The notes under the pieces are model-generated. The model did no database searches. It was not told the origin of the DNA and was given only the letters and a program-made list of their open reading frames with translations. A stretch of 64,000 nt of DNA from Macrostomum lignano (taxonomy: Eukaryota): NCBI GenBank assembly GCA_002269645.1, contig NIVC01001622.1, positions 1-64,000 on the forward strand. The letters run 5' to 3'. Shown here in pieces: positions 1 through 13,200 of this stretch; within the stretch, counting starts at the first letter, position 1; every line of letters starts with the position of its first letter. The position numbers and the translations under genes were made by a program.

Positions 1-516
1 CTTGTGAAGTTTCGAGCTTGTGAAGTTTCAAGCTTGTGAAGTTTCGAGCTTGTGAAGTTTCGAGCTTGTGAAGTTTCGAGCTTGTGAAGTTTCAAGCTTG
101 TGAAGTTTCGAGCTTGTGAAGTTTCGAGCTTGTGAAGTTTCGAGCTTGTGAAGTTTCGAGCTTGTGAAGTTTCGAGCTTGTGAAGTTTCGAGCTTGTGAA
201 GTTTCAAGCTTGTGAAGTTTCGAGCTTGTCAAGTTTCGAGCTTGTCAAGTTTCGAGCTTGTGAAGTTTCGAGCTTGTGAAGTTTCAAGCTTGTGAAGTTT
301 CGAGCTTGTCAAGTTTCGAGCTTGTGAAGTTTCGAGCTTGTGAAGTTTCGAGCTTGTCAAGTTTCGAGCTTGTGAAGTTTCGAGCTTGTCAAGTTTCGAG
401 CTTGTGAAGTTTCGAGCTTGTGAAGTTTCGAGCTTGTCAAGTTTCGAGCTTGTGAAGTTTCGAGCTTGTGAAGTTTCGAGCTTGTGAAGTTTCGAGCTTG
501 TGAAGTTTCGAGCTTG
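1..516. repeat. 16-bp minisatellite (CTTGTGAAGTTTCGAG)n
   Basis: Direct tandem array. Confidence 0.97.
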
Positions 517-913
517 TACGCTTATACGCTCGTATAAGCTATATAAGCGTTTCGTAGAAATGCTCCATCCAAGCGTTACTGAGTGAAATCCATCGAACTA
601 AAAAACCACCAGGAATCTAAAATCGTCAATTTATTGTACGAGTAGTTAGAATCGCTGTTAAAATCCCACGAATAAACCCAGATTTCGGGGTGGATTCCTA
701 CAGTGGAATGCAATTTCAATGACATTCCTTGTAGCTCGTATTAGAATTGTTGGTAAATTCCACTCATAGATCTCCGTAAGGATTGATTCTTGTGGCTTTT
801 TGGATTTTATTTATTTATTTATTGGTGGAATCCTTTTCAGTGTTTTTGTACTGTATACAGAGAAATATTCATATAATTGTTTGTCTAATATCTTTTTTTC
901 CAAATCCTCTCAG

Positions 914-1260
914 GCCTTTTTGTCGAGTGGCGATACGCTGGAACAACTTGGTGGTTTGGAGTCTACTTCTTTAGAACAGTGTCTCTGCATCAGCATCCAA
1001 CTAACCAGGACTCTCGCATTAAGACAGGATTTGCCTCACGTATTAAGCCGCTCCAATGAATTTTTTGCTGCATGCGTTGCGGGCACTTGTCTGTTTCTGC
1101 GCAGCACGTCAGTTGTCAAGCAGCGCGGCTTCGAGACTATGTCGGCCATGCTTCGTGGAGGTGGCATGTCTAAACTATTTCAAACTTGAAACCATTCTAC
1201 AGTCATTGATAATTTGCTTTCGAAATGTGTCAAAATGACCGCATTAGCATGGTTGTTCAG
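914..1260 (+). CDS. RNF213: RNF213-like putative exon 1 in window (in-frame TGA at 1187-1189 plus a probable frameshift near 1220)
   Basis: Polypyrimidine/CAG acceptor at 913 and GTAAGT donor at 1261. No single frame is open across the whole exon. Confidence 0.5.
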
Positions 1261-4200
1261 GTAAGTTATTCGTTTCTGATTTATTTCAAATCCGTTTTAT
1301 AAAATTGAAGATTAGGAAAATAAGTTTGTGCGATAGTTGGTGTCGCTAGTGGATGCAGGGTGTCGCTAGTTTGTATCGCTAGTTGATGTCGCTAGTCTAT
1401 GTCGCTAGTTGGGGTCGCTAGTAGGTGTCTGTAGTTGGTGTCGCTAATTGGTGTCGCTAGTGGGTGTCGCTAGTTGGTGTCGCTAGTTGGTGTCGCTGTG
1501 GTTGTCGCTAGTGGTGTCGCTACGAGCGTAGTTGGTGTCGCTAATTGTGTCGCTAGTGGGTGTCGCTAGTTGGTGTCGCTAGTTGGTGTCGCTGTGGTTG
1601 TCGCTAGTGGGTGTCGCTACGAGCGTAGTTGGTGTCGCTAATTGGTGTCGCTAGTGGGTGTCGCTAATTGGTGTCGCTAGTTGGTGTCGCTGGTGGGTGT
1701 CGCTACGAGCGTAGTGGGTGTCGCTAGTTGGTGTCGCTAATTGGTGTCGCTAGTTGGTGTCGCTAGTTGGTGTCGCTAGTGGGTGTCGCTAGTGGGTGTC
1801 GCTAGTGGGTGTCGCTACGAGCGTAGTTGGTGTCGCTAATTGGTGTCGCTAATTGGTGTCGCTAATTGGTGTCGCTAGTGGGTGTCGCTAATTGGTGTCG
1901 CTAGTTGGTGTCGCTGTGGGTGTCGCTAGTGGGTGTCGCTACGAGCGTAGTTGGTGTCGCTAATTGGTGTCGCTAGTGGGTGTCGCTAGTTGGTGTCGCT
2001 GTGGGTGTCGCTAGTGGGTGTCGCTACGAGCGTAGTTGGTGTCGCTAATTGGTGTCGCTAGTGGGTGTCGCTAGTTGGTGTCGCTAATTGGTGTCGCTAA
2101 TTGGTGTCGCTAGTGGGTGTCGCTAGTTGGTGTCGCTAGTTGGTGTCGCTAGTGGGTGTCGCTAGTTGGTGTCGCTAGTTGGTGTCGCTAATTGGTGTCG
2201 CTAGTTGGTGTCGCTAGTTGGTGTCGCTAATTGGTGTCGCTAATTGGTGTCGCTAGTGAGTGTCGCTAATTGGTGTCGCTAGTTGGTGTCGCTGTGGGTG
2301 TCGCTAGTGGGTGTCGCTACGAGCGTAGTTGGTGTCGCTAATTGGTGTCGCTAGTGGGTGTCGCTAGTTGGTGTCGCTAATTGGTGTCGCTAGTGGGTGT
2401 TGCTAGTTGGTGTCGCTAGTGGGTGTCGCTAGTTGGTGTCGCTAGTTGGTGTCGCTAATTGGTGTCGCTAGTTGGTGTCGCTAGTTGGTGTCGCTAGTTG
2501 GTGTCGCTAATTGGTGTCGCTAGTTGGTGTCGCTAGTTGGTGTCGCTAATTGGTGTCGCTAATTGGTGTCGCTAGTGAGTGTCGCTAATTGGTGTCGCTA
2601 GTTGGTGTCGCTGTGGGTGTCGCTAGTGGGTGTCGCTACGAGCGTAGTTGGTGTCGCTAATTGGTGTCGCTAGTGGGTGTTGCTAGTTGGTGTCGCTAGT
2701 GGGTGTCGCTAGTTAGCGGCTAATGGGTGTCGTAAGCTAAAAAACAGATAAAAATGAGTTTGTTAGTAGCAAAAGCATCAAGCACACAAAATATCTTAAA
2801 ATATATTAATTGTACCAACTATCTACACCTTCAAATGACTGACTAGTCTGATCACAAAATGCATCGTAAATCTCTGCTTTTAATTTTCAGCTGTATAACA
2901 GCATTTTCGTTGAATTGAAACATTTTGGCGCTGATGGCCTATCCGAGTTTGAGGATCTTGCTGTTGAAGGCCTCAAAGGCTTCTTTTCAATCAGCAGCTG
3001 GTAAGTTTTGTTTAATAATTCGTGTCTTTTGACTTCAACATATTCAGTTGAGAGTTAGCTCGTACAATATAGCCAAATATTAACGTTATCAAATAAATTT
3101 TAGAATAACATCGTGGCGCTTTTCGAAGATCAAACGGTACTAAATCAGCTTGAACTTAGAACATCGGAGGTGTTGCTCATGATTGTCTTTGAAAAGATGG
3201 AGCATGCCAGTTTCTCGGAGGTAGGGAAATGTACTTTTATATTTCACTGCTGTTGTTTATTCCAAATGCATTTCCAGACCATTTTTACAAAAGCCCTAGT
3301 TTGTCAATCAACTATCCGATTTCTCAACTGTTTCTATTTACCCGCCCGCAGCTCGGCCTCATCAACTTTGTAGGCAATATGCTCACAGGCTCGTACAAAA
3401 GGATGCAGTCGCGAAAGCTAGGCACTGTCATATCTAAACTTGTGCACAGCGTCTACGAAAAATTCATTCCAATGGCCTCGAACTCAAGACCGATGTACAC
3501 CTATTAATGGCTCTGGAGTGGCCGCTGTCCTCTTTTCTGCTGAGCAGTATTAGTGAGTTAAAATATTCATAATGAATAACCCACTGTACGTTTAAACTGT
3601 GATGACAATGCTGGCTGAAAAATCTTATCCTTACTTATTGTCAATCGCTTGCTCAGAGGAGAAGCAGTTCAGCAGCCTGCTAGACAATGACAGCCGCGGC
3701 ATACTCGAAGCCGGCGGCCGACAGGCGACCCGCCTGTTGGAACAGTTGCGCAACTCGCCTGCCAGCATAGTCTATGGCCAGATTGAGTTTATCAGCTCTC
3801 GGAAGGACAATATTGCCGGCTTACAGACTGTGCTAGGCTTTGAACTCAATCTGGATGACTGCGTCGGCCTACTGCAGGAGCGTAAAGCTGCGTTTGACAA
3901 AATGAAAGACGTCGTTGCGGCACTGGTGGCTTACTTCAAAAATGTTTTGGATCTGAAACTGCGTAAGTTTTGTTTTGTTGTATATCTTGCAAGTTTTCTG
4001 CTTTTTTTCTGTAGCAGAAAAATCAATGTAGCTCATCTGGACTTCCGAAAATTGTATTTCTGGAGAGTCGGAGACCTCAAAGTAGACTATGTATTTAATT
4101 AGAGGAACCTCTAAGGGGAACCTCTGAGAAGAAACCTCTGAGTGGAACCTCCAAGGGGAACCTCTGAGCGGAACCTCTAAGGGGAACCTCTGAGAAGAAA

Positions 4201-7200
4201 CCTCTAAGGGGAACCTCTGAGCGGAACCTCTAAGGGGAACCTCTGAGAAGAAACCTCTAAGGGGAACCTCTGAGGGGAACCTCTGAGGGGAACCTCTGAA
4301 AAGAAACCTCTAAGTTGAACATCTGTGCGGAACCTCTGAGGGGAACCTCTGAGAAGAAACCTCTAAGCGGAACCTCTAAGGGGAACCTCTGAGCGGAACC
4401 TCTGAGGGAAACCTCTGAGAAGAAACCTCTAAGGGAACCTCTGAGCGGAACCTCTAAGGGAAACCTCTGAGAAGAAACCTCTAAGGGGAACCTCTGAGCG
4501 GAACCTCTAAGGGGAACCTCTGAGAAGAAACCTCTAAGGGGAACCTCTGAGGGGAACCTCTGAAAAGAAACCTCTGAGTGGAACCTCCAAGGGGAACCTC
4601 TGAGCGGAACCTCTAAGGGGAACCTCTGAGAAGAAACCTCTAAGGGGAACCTCTGAGGGGAACCTCTGAGGGGAACCTCTGAAAAGAAACCTCTAAGTTG
4701 AACATCTGTGCGGAACCTCTGAGGGGAACTCTGAGAAGAAACCTCTAAGCGGAACCTCTGAGGGGAACCTCTGAATAGAACCTCTGAGCGGAACCTCTGA
4801 GCGGAACCTCTAAGGGGAACCTCTGAGCGGAACCTCTGAGGGAAACCTCTGAGAAGAAACCTCTAAGGGAACCTCTGAGCGGAACCTCTAAGGGAACCTC
4901 TGAGAAGAAACCTCTAAGGGGAACCTCTGAGGGGAACCTCTGAGGGGAACCTCTGAAAAGAAACCTCTAAGTTGAACCTCTGAGCGGAACCTCTGAGGGG
5001 AACCTCTGAGGGGAACCTCTGAGAAGAAACCTCTAAGGGGAACCTCTGAGCGGAACCTCTGAGGGGAACCTCTGAGCGGAACCTCTAAGTGGAACCACTA
5101 AGTGGAACCTCTGAGCGGAACCTCTAAGGGGAACCACTAAGTGGAACCCCTAACCCCCATTTTAGACACATACGAGTATGCATATTGGAAGTCCTGATTT
5201 GTGTTGGGAGATATTGTCAATTTTCAAGTTTCCATCTCGCTAATCTCCTTAACCTCAAAAGCACGCAGAGAGAGTACATGCCTGACGATTTGACAGTCGA
5301 AAGGGCAGCTGTACACCCTGTGTGAGCGTGTATATGAGTGCGTGCCTGTGTGTACATTTTTGGTGCGCTTGTATGTGCTTGGAATGGACAGATTTGCGGA
5401 AGACGTTGCGCTAAGGTGCCCGCAGCCCTACCTGTAAATATTATTATGTTGCTGTTTAAAATGAAGCCATGCACATGATTTCACAAATTCGAATTAGTGA
5501 ATCTGGCCTCACTGACCAGCCTGATGGAGAAGCAGCGTCTCAGTCAGACGGAAATCGGTCAACTGGTTGCCTGGCCCGGCGGCACTGCGGAGCCCTACGA
5601 CTTGGCTTATTTTAAACTGGAGAACCAGAGAGAGGCTCTCTGCCGCCTGTTGCCGCTGTTAGATGTTCTACGCGATAGTGCAACATTCTCTCGAATGCTG
5701 AGAACTAGAGCTGAGGCCCAAGCCAGGGCTTCTGCTGGTTCCGCGACTGCTAAGCTGACCGCTGATGCCCTGATAGCTTGCGCTGATGCTGTACTTACAG
5801 AGTGGCTAGCCAAGATTGACACAATGAAGAGCGGCACTATAACTATTGGTGAGATCAACCAATTTCTTGGCCAACGTCTGGTCAGCGGAGATCCGGACGC
5901 GCGATCTCGTCTAGCTAGAGAGTTTCGCGCCTTCGCTCTGGGCAACGAACAGGAGATGTCAGCGTGGGCTCGCACCTGCCTACAGAAAGTTGAATCGTTT
6001 AACAAATTGGCCAAGTACGCCCGGGTGGCCCAGCTTATTCAGAAAATCTATGAAAAATATCAGCTCTTCGGCGACCTGACTGCCCTTGACACCGTGATGC
6101 AGAGTAGCGGCGATAATCGCAGCATACCGCTGTCGCAGCTGCGCGCCGCCGATCTTAGCGACTACGATCAGCTGGAAGATATCTCGGCTAATGAGCACTG
6201 TCTGGCTTCTTTGGAGGCGTTCGCTTCTTGTAGGGAAATTGTTTATTGGATTAGGTAAGTTAATAATTGATTTTTAAATGTTTTTATATGAGAAATCGAT
6301 CAATAGCCTATTCATAGTTTGTAGGATGTAATAGTAGTTGTCCTGAGATCCCATCCTAACTTGTCCCGAGATCCCGTCTGAACTTGTCCCGTTGTCCCGA
6401 GATCCCGTCTGAACTTGTCCCGTTGTCCCGAGATCCCGTCTGAACTTGTCCCGTTGTCCCGAGATCCCGTCTGAACTTGTCCCGTTGTCCGAGATCCCGT
6501 CTGAACTTGTCCCGTTGTCCCGAGATCCCGTCTGAACTTGTCCCGTTGTCCCGAGATCCCGTCTGAACTTGTCCCGTTGTCCCGAGATCCCGTCTGAACT
6601 TGTCCCGTTGTCCCGAGATCCCGTCTGAACTTGTCCCGTTGTCCCGAGATCCCGTCTGAACTTGTCCCGTTGTCCCGAGATCCCGTCTGAACTTGTCCCG
6701 TTGTCCCGAGATCCCGTCTGAACTTGTCCCGTTGTCCCGAGATCCCGTCTGAACTTGTCCCGGGATCCCGTTCTAACTTGTCCAGAGATCCCGTCTGAAC
6801 TTGTCCTAAGATCCCGTCCCAACTTGTCCAGAGATCCCGTCATAACTTGTCCTAAGATCCCGTCCCAACTTGTTCCGAGATCCCGTCATAACTTGTCTCG
6901 AGTTTCATGTCATTGCGCATCTCGAGATCCCACTCCAAATTGTCCTGAGATCCGTTCCGACTTATCAAAAGGCCCTTCAGTACCCTCAGAGATTAAGCAG
7001 TTGCTTTGAAAATGTTACGGCAGCTCTTAAGCTACGCTTGAGTCAATAAAAAATCTGTTTACTTACCATTTAATTGACTCCTGTTCATGTTCGGTGCTCT
7101 TACGTCCTGATCTCTAAGCTAAGCTGCATACCGAAGGAAAATAGCTGCAAATTTTATCTGTTGGAAAAGATGTACTTTAAAACATACTAGGTCATTCTTA

Positions 7201-10200
7201 ATACCCTGCTCCTGAGGCCGAAAAAACCGAGGAAGGAAAGGAAATTTTAGCTGCCACCTTAAATTTTAGTGACAATGCGCAGGCAAACTACTTAAGACAG
7301 ACTTAGACGCTATATTAAAGTACTGTTAAAGATGAATCAACTGTTCCAGCTTTCCACTTTCATATTTATTTATACCATCTATGCTTGATTTTTGAATACC
7401 AAACTAATGCAGGGAAAACATTCCCAAAGCCGATCTAAAAACGTTTTTCGACCTGGCCATGATCTACGTCGGCGACGCTGGCGATATGGAGCAGAAACGG
7501 GTGGAAAATTTCTACCAAGCCGCTCAAGGCTTCGATTCTCTAATCTACGATATGCTGAGCGAGCGCTCCCAGCCAATCAGCTTGAATCATTTTCTGCGCC
7601 GCTGCGACCGGCCATTCACCAGCGCCAATGCCGATCACAGTCTGCCAGGGAAACTGCGCGATGCCGGTAGCAAAGTTGGCTGGTTTAAGACTATCAAAGA
7701 GAGTCAGGTGTGTACAACCGAGTTGATGTATTTTAGTTAATTGTTTCGCATCTGAAGGCTGCGTACGGCTGTTCAGTCTTAGGACTGGGGGTCGCTACAC
7801 ACACACACCCTCAATTACCCCAGCTAATGCTGACACCCATTTTACAGCTGGGTGAACTGAAGCAATGCAGATAAAAGTGTCTTTCTCAAGGACAAATTGT
7901 TCCCATGGTTGCATATATACTATAAAAATAAAGGCAGCTGAAATGACTTTCATAAGTTTAAATAAAAGCCCAAAAAGCTTGCAGGCGTAAACAACTTGCT
8001 AATTAGTTCAGCAATAATGTACATTGGCCAGTCCACTGAAATGTACATGGCCGCTTTAGGCTGGAATTCCGAGAAAGGCAATAAAAATTGGACCGGTGCG
8101 AGGGATAGTGTGAAAAGGCGCTGTTTAAGCTCTGGGGGTAAGAGCCAATAAAATGAGCCTTGGCTTTAAAAATACATTGCTTCTGTTTAACTCACTACTG
8201 AAATGAAAGTAGCTTACACGCAAATGTTCTAAGTAGGCAAACTAGTCATTGTAGTATCTGGATGAACTGAAGCAATTAGCATTAAAATTTTAATTCTTCG
8301 GCGATCTTGCATAACTTTTTTGATGAAAAATTCGAATTTAATGCTATTAAAGGGCGCTCAGTTTGGATTTTTAATTCAAGTACCCACCATGGAGGGCTTA
8401 GTGCGCTAGTTAATCTTCTAATTTTATTCTACGAGCTAATATATATTAATTTGACAAGAAAAACTGCCCACTCTGTCCCAGGGCTCCGTTGAGAAGTCTA
8501 CGCTAAAGAAAATCCAAGAGATACTGGAACGAGGCGAGATGGAAATCGGTTGCGATGTGCCATTCGACGAGCCATTCCGACTGCTAGTGGCCCCGGACGC
8601 TAAGCGGCCAGACGATAAGACGTCCGAGTTTCTATTCGAAGATATTCGAGATCTACAGTCGAAGCTGATGCTCATCGCCGGTCAGTCAGTCGAGAACGGT
8701 AAACTATTTGATCACTTTGTCAATCTGACGGACTCCGCGACTTCTCTGATTGATACCGTGAAGGAATTCCGGCGGCACTGCTGCTTGCTGTGCGACAGCT
8801 TGGTTATTAGGTATGCCAGAGCATTTCCAGCTCAACCAATGATACTAGCCTGAAATCAAACCTAGTCCTGGGTCCTAATTCGAAAAGTTCAAAATCAAAT
8901 AAAATTACCCACACACTAGCCCATCCTTTACACTGCTGAGTCTCTCTGACCAGACCCGCAGAAGTTGCTCAAGTTTGACAATTGATAGAACATTGATCGA
9001 AGATAGAAGATATTCAACAAAAGAGTAACCGAGCTAACTTAGCCAATATAGCTATTATAACATTTATACCTAAGGGCGCCTTCTGATTTTCCATTAACGC
9101 TCTTTAATCAAGGGATATTAATTTTATTGTACCATATGACGTTTTTCCCCAAGCCATTGTCTTTCTCCCTTCCACCATTCAGTGGACTTTTATTCTATCT
9201 TATCTATCTCTCTTCTCAGAGAACCGGCCAAAGAAAAGTCACAAAAATCGGACAAGAAATGTCTATGGCCGAAACCCCATTATCGGCTAATGCAATTATC
9301 GAGAAATAACGAGAGAGAGCTTGGAATTAACAGGCGACATTGTATATGTATAATAACTTACTGAAACGAGGAGAATGTCTATGCAGAATCTCCGAGGCGA
9401 AGCGGAGAATATTGACCAGATTCGCGGAGATTATGAGTATTCTCCGCTCGCTGTATTCGCGGGACACGTTTTGTCTGTGGTTTTGTCTACGTTTTGTTCA
9501 ACCAACCTCACTCTGGCTCAAGGCGTTAATTTTATTGTCTATGGCAGCGGTTACTTAGTGAGAATCTCCTCTAGCAAAGCACTAGCGACATAGACAAGGC
9601 GTACCAATAATAAAATTAACGCCTTGAGCCAGAGATAGACCCAATCACAGTGACTCAATTTGCACCGTTTCCTTTAAATTGCAGAGCCCACCTGGGCAAG
9701 GGCAAGCACAACAATCTAATGCTTGAGCTGCGATCGCACACCATTAATAGCAGCCATAACGAAATCGAACCAGCCCTGCAGCAGCTCAGCAGGGTGCTGA
9801 AATCCTGCCTGTCCGAGTGGAAGGCATTAATCGATGCAGCCAGACGAAAACACCACGTGCTCAATTATTTTTTAATGAGTCAAATCAAAGTTCTTCAGAC
9901 TGAGTTGGCGAAATTTTTTGCTACTATTAATGCCGGACAAGATGTAAGATTTGAGAACTTGTGTCTTGATATTTGTGCTAATAATAGTTAATAATTGATT
10001 ACACCTGCTCCAATTAGGCCAGTTCAGTCCATGTACTGGAGGGGGGTCGTCACACACACACCTTCAATTACCCCAGCTAATGCTGGCACCCATTTTACAG
10101 TTGGGTGAACTGAAGCAATGCAGAGTCAAGTGTCTTGCTCAAGGACAAAAATTGTTTCGAGTCGGATCAGGAGTCGAACCCCAGACCTTCCGAGTCCCCC

Positions 10201-13200
10201 TTCGGCTACAACAATCGTACTATTTATAGTAAAGACTGTAATATATGGCGGAAACTGCTTAATTCTATTTTAATCTTTCTATTTTCACTCTCAGGTGAGT
10301 GTCGGCCTACTCCATTTGCTGTCACATCTGAAGCCCGACTGCAAAATTGAAGATATTGATGAGGCCGTGGTTCAGGTAATGATTAAAAAAGCCAACGAGC
10401 AGGTGCTAATTGATCAGCGAGATGCAGTCACTGGTGGCGGCGTTACCAGCAGCGTCTATCAAACAGTTGTCGCTCACCTGGAGGATAACGGCTACTCTGA
10501 TCCGAGTGTTATTAAGCAGGTTACCCGGGTGCTATTCCGGCTTCGCAGTGTCTCTGAAAGGGTAAGCGAGTCCTGTTTTTAGGAACCCCCTAATATCAAT
10601 GAGGGATAGCCCCGTAAGACACAGAGTCTGCGTGCATGATTAGAAAGTCGGGGCCGCTGTACACCCTGTGTGAGCGTGTGTACAAGTGCTTGTCTGCCTG
10701 CAGTATGAAAGCTGGCCAAGCCACTCAGGATCTGGGAGGCTGGCCCAGCAACTGAGGATCTGGGAGGCTGGCCCAGCAACTGAGGATCTGGGAGGCTGGC
10801 CCAGTAACTGAGGATCTGGGAGACTAGCCCAGCAACTGAGGATCTGGGAGGGTAGCCTAGTTACTGAGGATCTGGGCCATTGGCGCTTGTATGCTCAGGA
10901 GTCAAAATTATCAAATCCCTCCCCTCCATCCCTGTTCAAATAACAGCAACAGCCGGAAGACTTGCAGCAGCTTCTGGACAAAGCCAGCCGGTTGGCTCGA
11001 CACGTAGAAAATCGTGGAGGCGGTGCCGGCATTAGCGAGATTGACATCGACTGCGATGATGCCGGCGACACTGCAACCCGACGGGACTGGGCGACGGCCG
11101 ATGATCATCTGCTTGCGCTGATGGCACCCGCAGGTGACCAGCAGTCAGCTTTGCCTGCTGACCAGGCATTCAACCAGCTGTGGCGCGCCTTCGTCGACCT
11201 GTTGGACGAATCGCATCGGGACTTTCTCAGCTTTGACGATCTCGCCAAACTGCTGGATCGACTGCGGCAAAGACAGTCTGGCGCCTCTGGCCAAGCGTTC
11301 GAGTCTCTATTGGCGGGTGGCTGGCCAGAGGACAAGCCTGTTGCTCTGTGCTTGGAAGAGCGCGAACAATTGCCAGTGACTCTGCACCTGTTCCGTGCCG
11401 CATTCAGCCGCCTGCCGCGCTTAGAAGAGGTGCTATTGTGCAGCGAGGACACCCGCCCGGAGGAGCTGCTAGTTTTTCTGCAGCGCTGCCTGTGCGACCC
11501 CAGCAAAGCCGGCCTGTACGTGATTATGCATGCGGATAGGCTGACCTATGAACTCTCTCGCCAGGCTGAGGCTCGCGTACACGAACTGTTGCAATGGCTG
11601 CACCAGCATAGTCGATTGCAAAACTCTAATGTTGTTTTTCTAATGTCCGACGAACAGCAGAAGCGTTTCCCACTGTGCAACCTGCTGGCTGAGTACACTC
11701 GCGAGCTGCAGATAAAACCGGATCGTGCTGAGCTCTGCCGCTGGGTGTCAAATCGACTTCGTGGCCAACAGCCCGCCAATAGTCAGGTAGGCACTCGTAG
11801 TGGGGCCAAGATTATGTTCTAGATGGCCATTATTCTCTGCTTCTCTGCCCAGCTTGGATCGGTATGCTCTCTGTTTAGCTTGCGGTTCTATTCTGCCTCT
11901 GCTTCTGCTTCTTTTACTGTAAATTTGTTTTGCTCTCTTTACCCGTATAAAAGTAGGACGGTCAGATAGTCAGTTTTGTGACCATTTTATGACACCCAAA
12001 CAACGGTATCACATTTGACCCTTCATTGTGACCCTCAATAGTGACAGTTTATTTGGCTCTCTCATTGGACCGTCATATTGACGGTCACACGAGAGCCCGT
12101 TTATTTGACGGTCACATTTGATTGTCACATTAGCGCCGTTGGCGGTCACATTATTAACTGACGGTCACATCACAGTCAAGCGTAACGGTCACAAGCGTGA
12201 CAGGCAGTGTACCAAAAATGTGACCGTTCTGCTCTTGCACGGGAGCTATATTTCACGTACCCGTTCCCGCCCAAGGATGGTTGGCCCATAGACAGTGTTT
12301 CGCTTTGAAAAATCTTCAGAGAAGACTTTATTCATGGTTTTGAGCAAGATTTTCTTGGCTTGTTGCAAGAATTTCTGCCGAGATGTTCTCCATTTTAATT
12401 GCATCCCCCAAGGTGCTGTCGTGAAATTAAAGTTTTTATCTTGGTCTCAAAAATATTTACAATCTCATACTACTGATGAAATATAACACATTTAACCCAG
12501 TGACTCATTTGACCCAGTGGACCATTTGACCCAGTAACCCATGACCCAGTGACCCATTTGACCCAGTGAACCATTTGACCCAGTGAACCATTTGACCCAG
12601 TGAACTATTTGACCCAGTGACCCATTTGACCCAGTGAACCATTTGACCCAGTGACCCATTTGACCCAGTGAACCATTTGACCCAGTGAACTATTTGACCC
12701 AGTGACCCATTTGACCCAGTGAACCATTTGACCCAGTGAACCATTTGACCCAGTGAACTATTTGACCCAAAGCTGACTAAATAGCTGATTGTATATTAAT
12801 CCTACAGGTGGTGCTAGTCCACTCAGACAGGTCTGGCATGGGCAAATCGCTAATCTGCCAACGCATGGCCGAAGCTAAACTGCAGGGCAGATGCCAGCAG
12901 CCCAGAATCTTTGCCTGGCACGACAGCCATCTGCCTTCGGACCAGCTGTTTCGCTTCTTTGTTGACAATCAGCTACTGGACGATGCCGCTGCCGGAGCTG
13001 CTAGAACCTCCTATTGTGGCCAGGTGTTTCACCTGGACCTAGCCCGCGAGGTGCAAACTGGCCTAGACGCCTGTCTGACTCAGCTGTTCATCTTTGGCGG
13101 CCTTGTCGACTCCACCGGCCGCGTGTGGCGGCGAGACCAGCGCGATCTGTACCTTGTCGAGCATTCGCCGAATCTGTTCTGTCGGGATGAATTCCATGTG

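Noticed and set aside
1187-1189. Selenocysteine or readthrough at the in-frame TGA
   Set aside because: No SECIS identified, neighbouring frameshifts point to error or decay, and RNF213 is not a known selenoprotein.
10899-10946. Alternative acceptor at 10898 for the AAA1 exon
   Set aside because: Leads to an in-frame TAA at 10941.
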